From the NCBI GenBank assembly GCA_043228905.1, contig JBHGNT010000009.1, forward strand, positions 16,554,001-16,618,000: a stretch of DNA of 64,000 bases. Reading direction: 5' to 3'. The translations under genes were made by a program, and so were the position numbers. Under the pieces are notes generated by a model, which was given only the letters and a program-made list of their open reading frames with translations, had not been told where the DNA came from and did no database searches. The stretch is from Azolla caroliniana. Lineage: Eukaryota; Plantae; Polypodiophyta. Positions within the stretch are counted from its first letter, which is position 1, and each line of letters opens with the position of its first letter. Shown here piece by piece: positions 60,637-64,000 of this stretch.

Positions 60637-63600
60637 GACCGATCCGGAAAGAAGCTAATCCGACTCAACCAGAGGTTGGACCGGTCGAGGCTGGTGAAAA
60701 CGAGGAAAAGAAAGCCAACCGAAACCGAAACCGATAGATCGAAACCGGGCTGGAAGGAGACCGACTCAATCAAAACCGAACAACCGATTCCGATTCGGCC
60801 GAATACGAATCCGATCGGAAGCCGATCAAACCGAAAGTTGATCGGACGAGAGCGATCCGAAAAAAAGTCAAGGTTGATGAAGACAAGAAAGAGGCCAGTA
60901 AAAGACACTACCACGAATGACAAGGGCCAAGAATATGACGAGAGAGAACAAAGAATATGGTGGATCGGATGGCGACAATGGTTCGGGTGGAAAGAATGGG
61001 TCTACTCAAAATGGAGAGACAAAGTTGACATAGCGGGACAAACGGAGGATGAAGGGGAGACAACGAGCATCGGCAACTTCGGCACATACCGGAGGATGTG
61101 CGGGTTCGGAGGGGGCGAGTGTCGTAGTGTATTCCACACACTACGTGAAAACCATAAAATAATATATCCGATTTTAGATACATATAAATAAATAAATAAT
61201 ATATCAAAAGAATTTATCACGTGCATAGGGCAAGATTCGAACCATGCACCTCCACGTAGATAAACCCCAACTTTAACATTGTAATAACTTATCTTTAGTG
61301 GTATAAATATAGATTTAATACGTATAAGACCTTTATTTACACATACCTTTATTAAAAGGTAAAAATCATGTATTCTTTAGAGTGTGAATATTTTATTTAC
61401 ACGTGCCATTAAAAGTGACTCATGCACATCTAGCGTGCATGAGCCCTATATTTAGGAAATGACAAAGCATCACATGCACATTTAGTGTGCATGGACACTT
61501 TAGGTGAAAAAGCATGAAGCCATGCTTAGCCTCTTCCATCTTTATATAAGGAGGAGAGAAATATGTATAAGGTTGTTGATTAATATAGAAGAATTGATCA
61601 ATCTAATATATTCGGGGAATTCACGAATTTTGCCATCAAAATTACTCTTACAATCTAAATATTGTTTTAAAATACACTAAACTCGTGGGATTCACGAGAT
61701 TGCTATCTTACTCCTCTTCCTCCTAGTCCAAAACCTCGGCGGTTCCCACCCGACTCACGCAACGATCCGGAGCCGAAGGGCACGACAACGTGAGACCTAG
61801 GGAGAAGGCTGGTGGCGACAGGAGAACGGGACCCGGCAATCCGGAGAAGGACGACCGGACCCGGACGAGAATCGGGCGGAACGGACTTCCTTAAAACCGT
61901 TTTGGGAGGGAGGGAGAGAGCAGGCCTACGAAGAGGCCGGGAAGACGGTACGTCGGTACCACAGGAGAGGGTGTGGAGCGAGCCACCCGCTCGACTTACG
62001 AAAGAAGGAAGACCCGGGATAAGGGTCAGAGATATGGCAAGCCCGAGGAGAGCCGGCGCGAGGCCTAAAGTGACGAACGGTGGCGGCGAGGGGACGAAGG
62101 CAAAAGGGCTACGGATGGGCGGTCTACAAAGATCCTCACACCGATCTGGCGGTCGGCCCGAGAGCCGGCGTGAGTGCTATAGGAAAGGACGGTGGCGGCA
62201 GGTGAACGTGACCAATGGAAGAGAATGGCGAAGGCAGAGCGGAGTAGCTGTGACCTTACACACACCGATTCTAGAGACTCCGGAAGCCAGCAACAAGAGT
62301 AGGCGTGAGACCTAGAGTAAGGGACGGTGGCAACGGCAAGGCGGGCAACCGAAGCCAGAAGGGGAGGTCCCACGAAGACACTCACACCGATTCGGCGGTC
62401 GGCCAGAGTGCCGTCATGAGTCCTATAGGGGAGATCGGTGGCGGTAGGAGAACGTGATCGGACGATAGGAGGTGACGAACGGCAAGGAGGTATGAGGCCG
62501 GCAAGGCGGCTACAGACCATGTCAAAGCTTCCGGCGAGGTGAGTGGGCGTAAGGAAGTCCGGTCCTATGGGATCCCCACACCTAACCAGAGACTCCGGCA
62601 GTTCGGCCAACATGGCAACATGAGACCGAGAGAGAAGGTTGGTGGCGGCAGGAAACGGGACCCGACTACACGGAAGACACGAGGAGAGTCCGGGAGGGAC
62701 TCAAACAAAAGATACCCGCATTTCAGCAAGCGACGAAACGAAGACCGGTCCAATGGGATCTTCACACCGGTTCCGGATACTCCGGCTGTTCGGCCAACGT
62801 GGCAACATAAGACCGAGGGAGAAGGAAGGTGGCGGCAAGGGATGGAACCCGACATCGACAAAGGAGCCGGTAAGACGGGCGGACGAAGTGCGAAACCCTC
62901 ACCGGCCGGTTACGTTTTCGGAAGTAGCCGGTAGGGGCAAACACGGGGAGGTGTGTCAGGCCGGAAAGGCACACCTAGGACGGAACAAGAGTCTCGCAAG
63001 TGGCCATCGCGGGCCGGATCGAAGCGTGACTACGGGACAGTGTTCGGCACGGGCGAAGCCGAACAAAGGAAGCAGAAGACGGCACAAGGGAGGTGCCGGA
63101 AACGAGGCGACGAGTGCATAGTGGACTACACAGGGTCGGAGTCAGGGGATGACAAGGGAGTCCGGACGAGGATCCTCCACACTTGCTTCGTAGATCTCGG
63201 CAGTCAGAGTAGCGAAGATTGAGACGGCAAGCCCGGGATGACAAGCTGGTGGGGCGAGGGGATGACGGCAAGCGAAAGACTTAAGACCTGTTGCAGCAGC
63301 GCAAAACGGGAAAGGCGAAGCAGGCCACTACGGGCATTCCTCAAGCAGAGGACATCGGGCATACGACGGAGAGCGGGGCGTTCATATGGCTGAAGAAGGG
63401 CCAGCGGAAGTACGCGTACTACGGAGATCACGGTAAAGGACCCATCGACAGGTCGAACGAGCCTACGGGGAGGTAAGCGCGAAGGAAGAACCGAAGCCGA
63501 CGGTTCGAACCGGCAGCGAGCCGGGATGTGGATCACGGTTGACCGGTTTCTCATCGGCCGAAATCTCTCACCCTTCACCGGATTTGGCACGTACCGGTGG

Positions 63601-64000
63601 ACGTGCGGTTTGGTGGGGGCGGATGTCGTGAAGACTTTCGGCCAGAGGCGAAAACCGGGAAACATTGGCTACATCGGCGGGGTGCAGCACGTGTGTTCAC
63701 CCTTGTACATTTAGTGTGAATAACGAGGGCGCCTTTATGGCGCCGAAGAGTAGTCAAGTCGGGACAGACGATCCCATGTAAGTCGGGATTTATCCCACAT
63801 TGTAACACATCCCTCTCCTTGTTCTATAAAAGGAAGGGAGCGCCCTTTGTGAAAGGGTTGCCCATTTTTCGTTAGAGGGTATATCGTTAGATTTAGGGTT
63901 AGTTATTCTTCTTCTTCTTCTTCTTCTTCTTCTCCCCTTCGTGTTCGCTTAGGGTTGGCTTCAGCTCGTCTCCTGCGCAAGACCCCGCTTGGCGTGTTAA

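Larger units (their letters stand above)
58608..61787 (+). mobile_element. Gag-only LTR element B nested in A, tRNA-Trp PBS
   Basis: LTRs 58608-59311 and 61120-61787 (a few substitutions, one indel of about 38 bp); 4-bp TSD ACGT; PBS 59316-59333; purine-rich ggagggggcgag before the 3' LTR. Confidence 0.93.
56524..64000 (+). mobile_element. Gag-only LTR element A, tRNA-Trp PBS (5' LTR 56524-57289; 3' LTR 63624 to beyond the window)
   Basis: LTR pair; PBS tggtgaacccgacgtgaa 57294-57311; gag-like ORF 57432-58091; no PR, RT, RH or IN motifs seen in the internal region. Confidence 0.88.

Noticed and set aside
60329-60900. Hammerhead ribozyme or retrozyme in the gag-only elements
   Set aside because: No CUGANGA...GAAA...UH core in a compatible stem arrangement was found by eye
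59712-60923. 403-aa antisense ORF in element B as a real gene
   Set aside because: Low-complexity Ser/Phe/Arg shadow of a purine-rich repetitive + strand; no recognisable domain

Overview
Plant nuclear DNA, probably from a seed-free vascular plant such as a fern; this is inferred from the transposon lineages, not proven. Positions 176-31414 hold the last 14 coding exons (1308 nt, 435 aa plus stop) of an intact + strand UDP-N-acetylglucosamine pyrophosphorylase (UAP / GlcNA.UT) gene whose first exon(s) lie upstream of the window. Its introns are inflated by transposons. The 16.9-kb intron contains a LINE, a copia inside the LINE, and within that copia a hAT MITE, further copia fragments and a young intact Ale-type copia with non-canonical TG...TA ends. 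From about 32.5 kb to the end the window is a deep LTR-retrotransposon nest: a Bianca copia containing a MITE and a young chromovirus, several decayed copias, and two nested tRNA-Trp-primed gag-only elements. The most notable observations are: (1) tRNA-like A-box/B-box cassettes with identical spacing, antisense in the U3 end of two unrelated LTR families; (2) a clear Tf1-type self-priming signature and a -1 frameshift signal in the chromovirus; (3) pol-less Trp-primed gag elements that share internal cis features but have unrelated LTRs; (4) tandem MSA (G2/M) boxes in the young Ale LTR. All coordinates were read by eye and no database searches were run.
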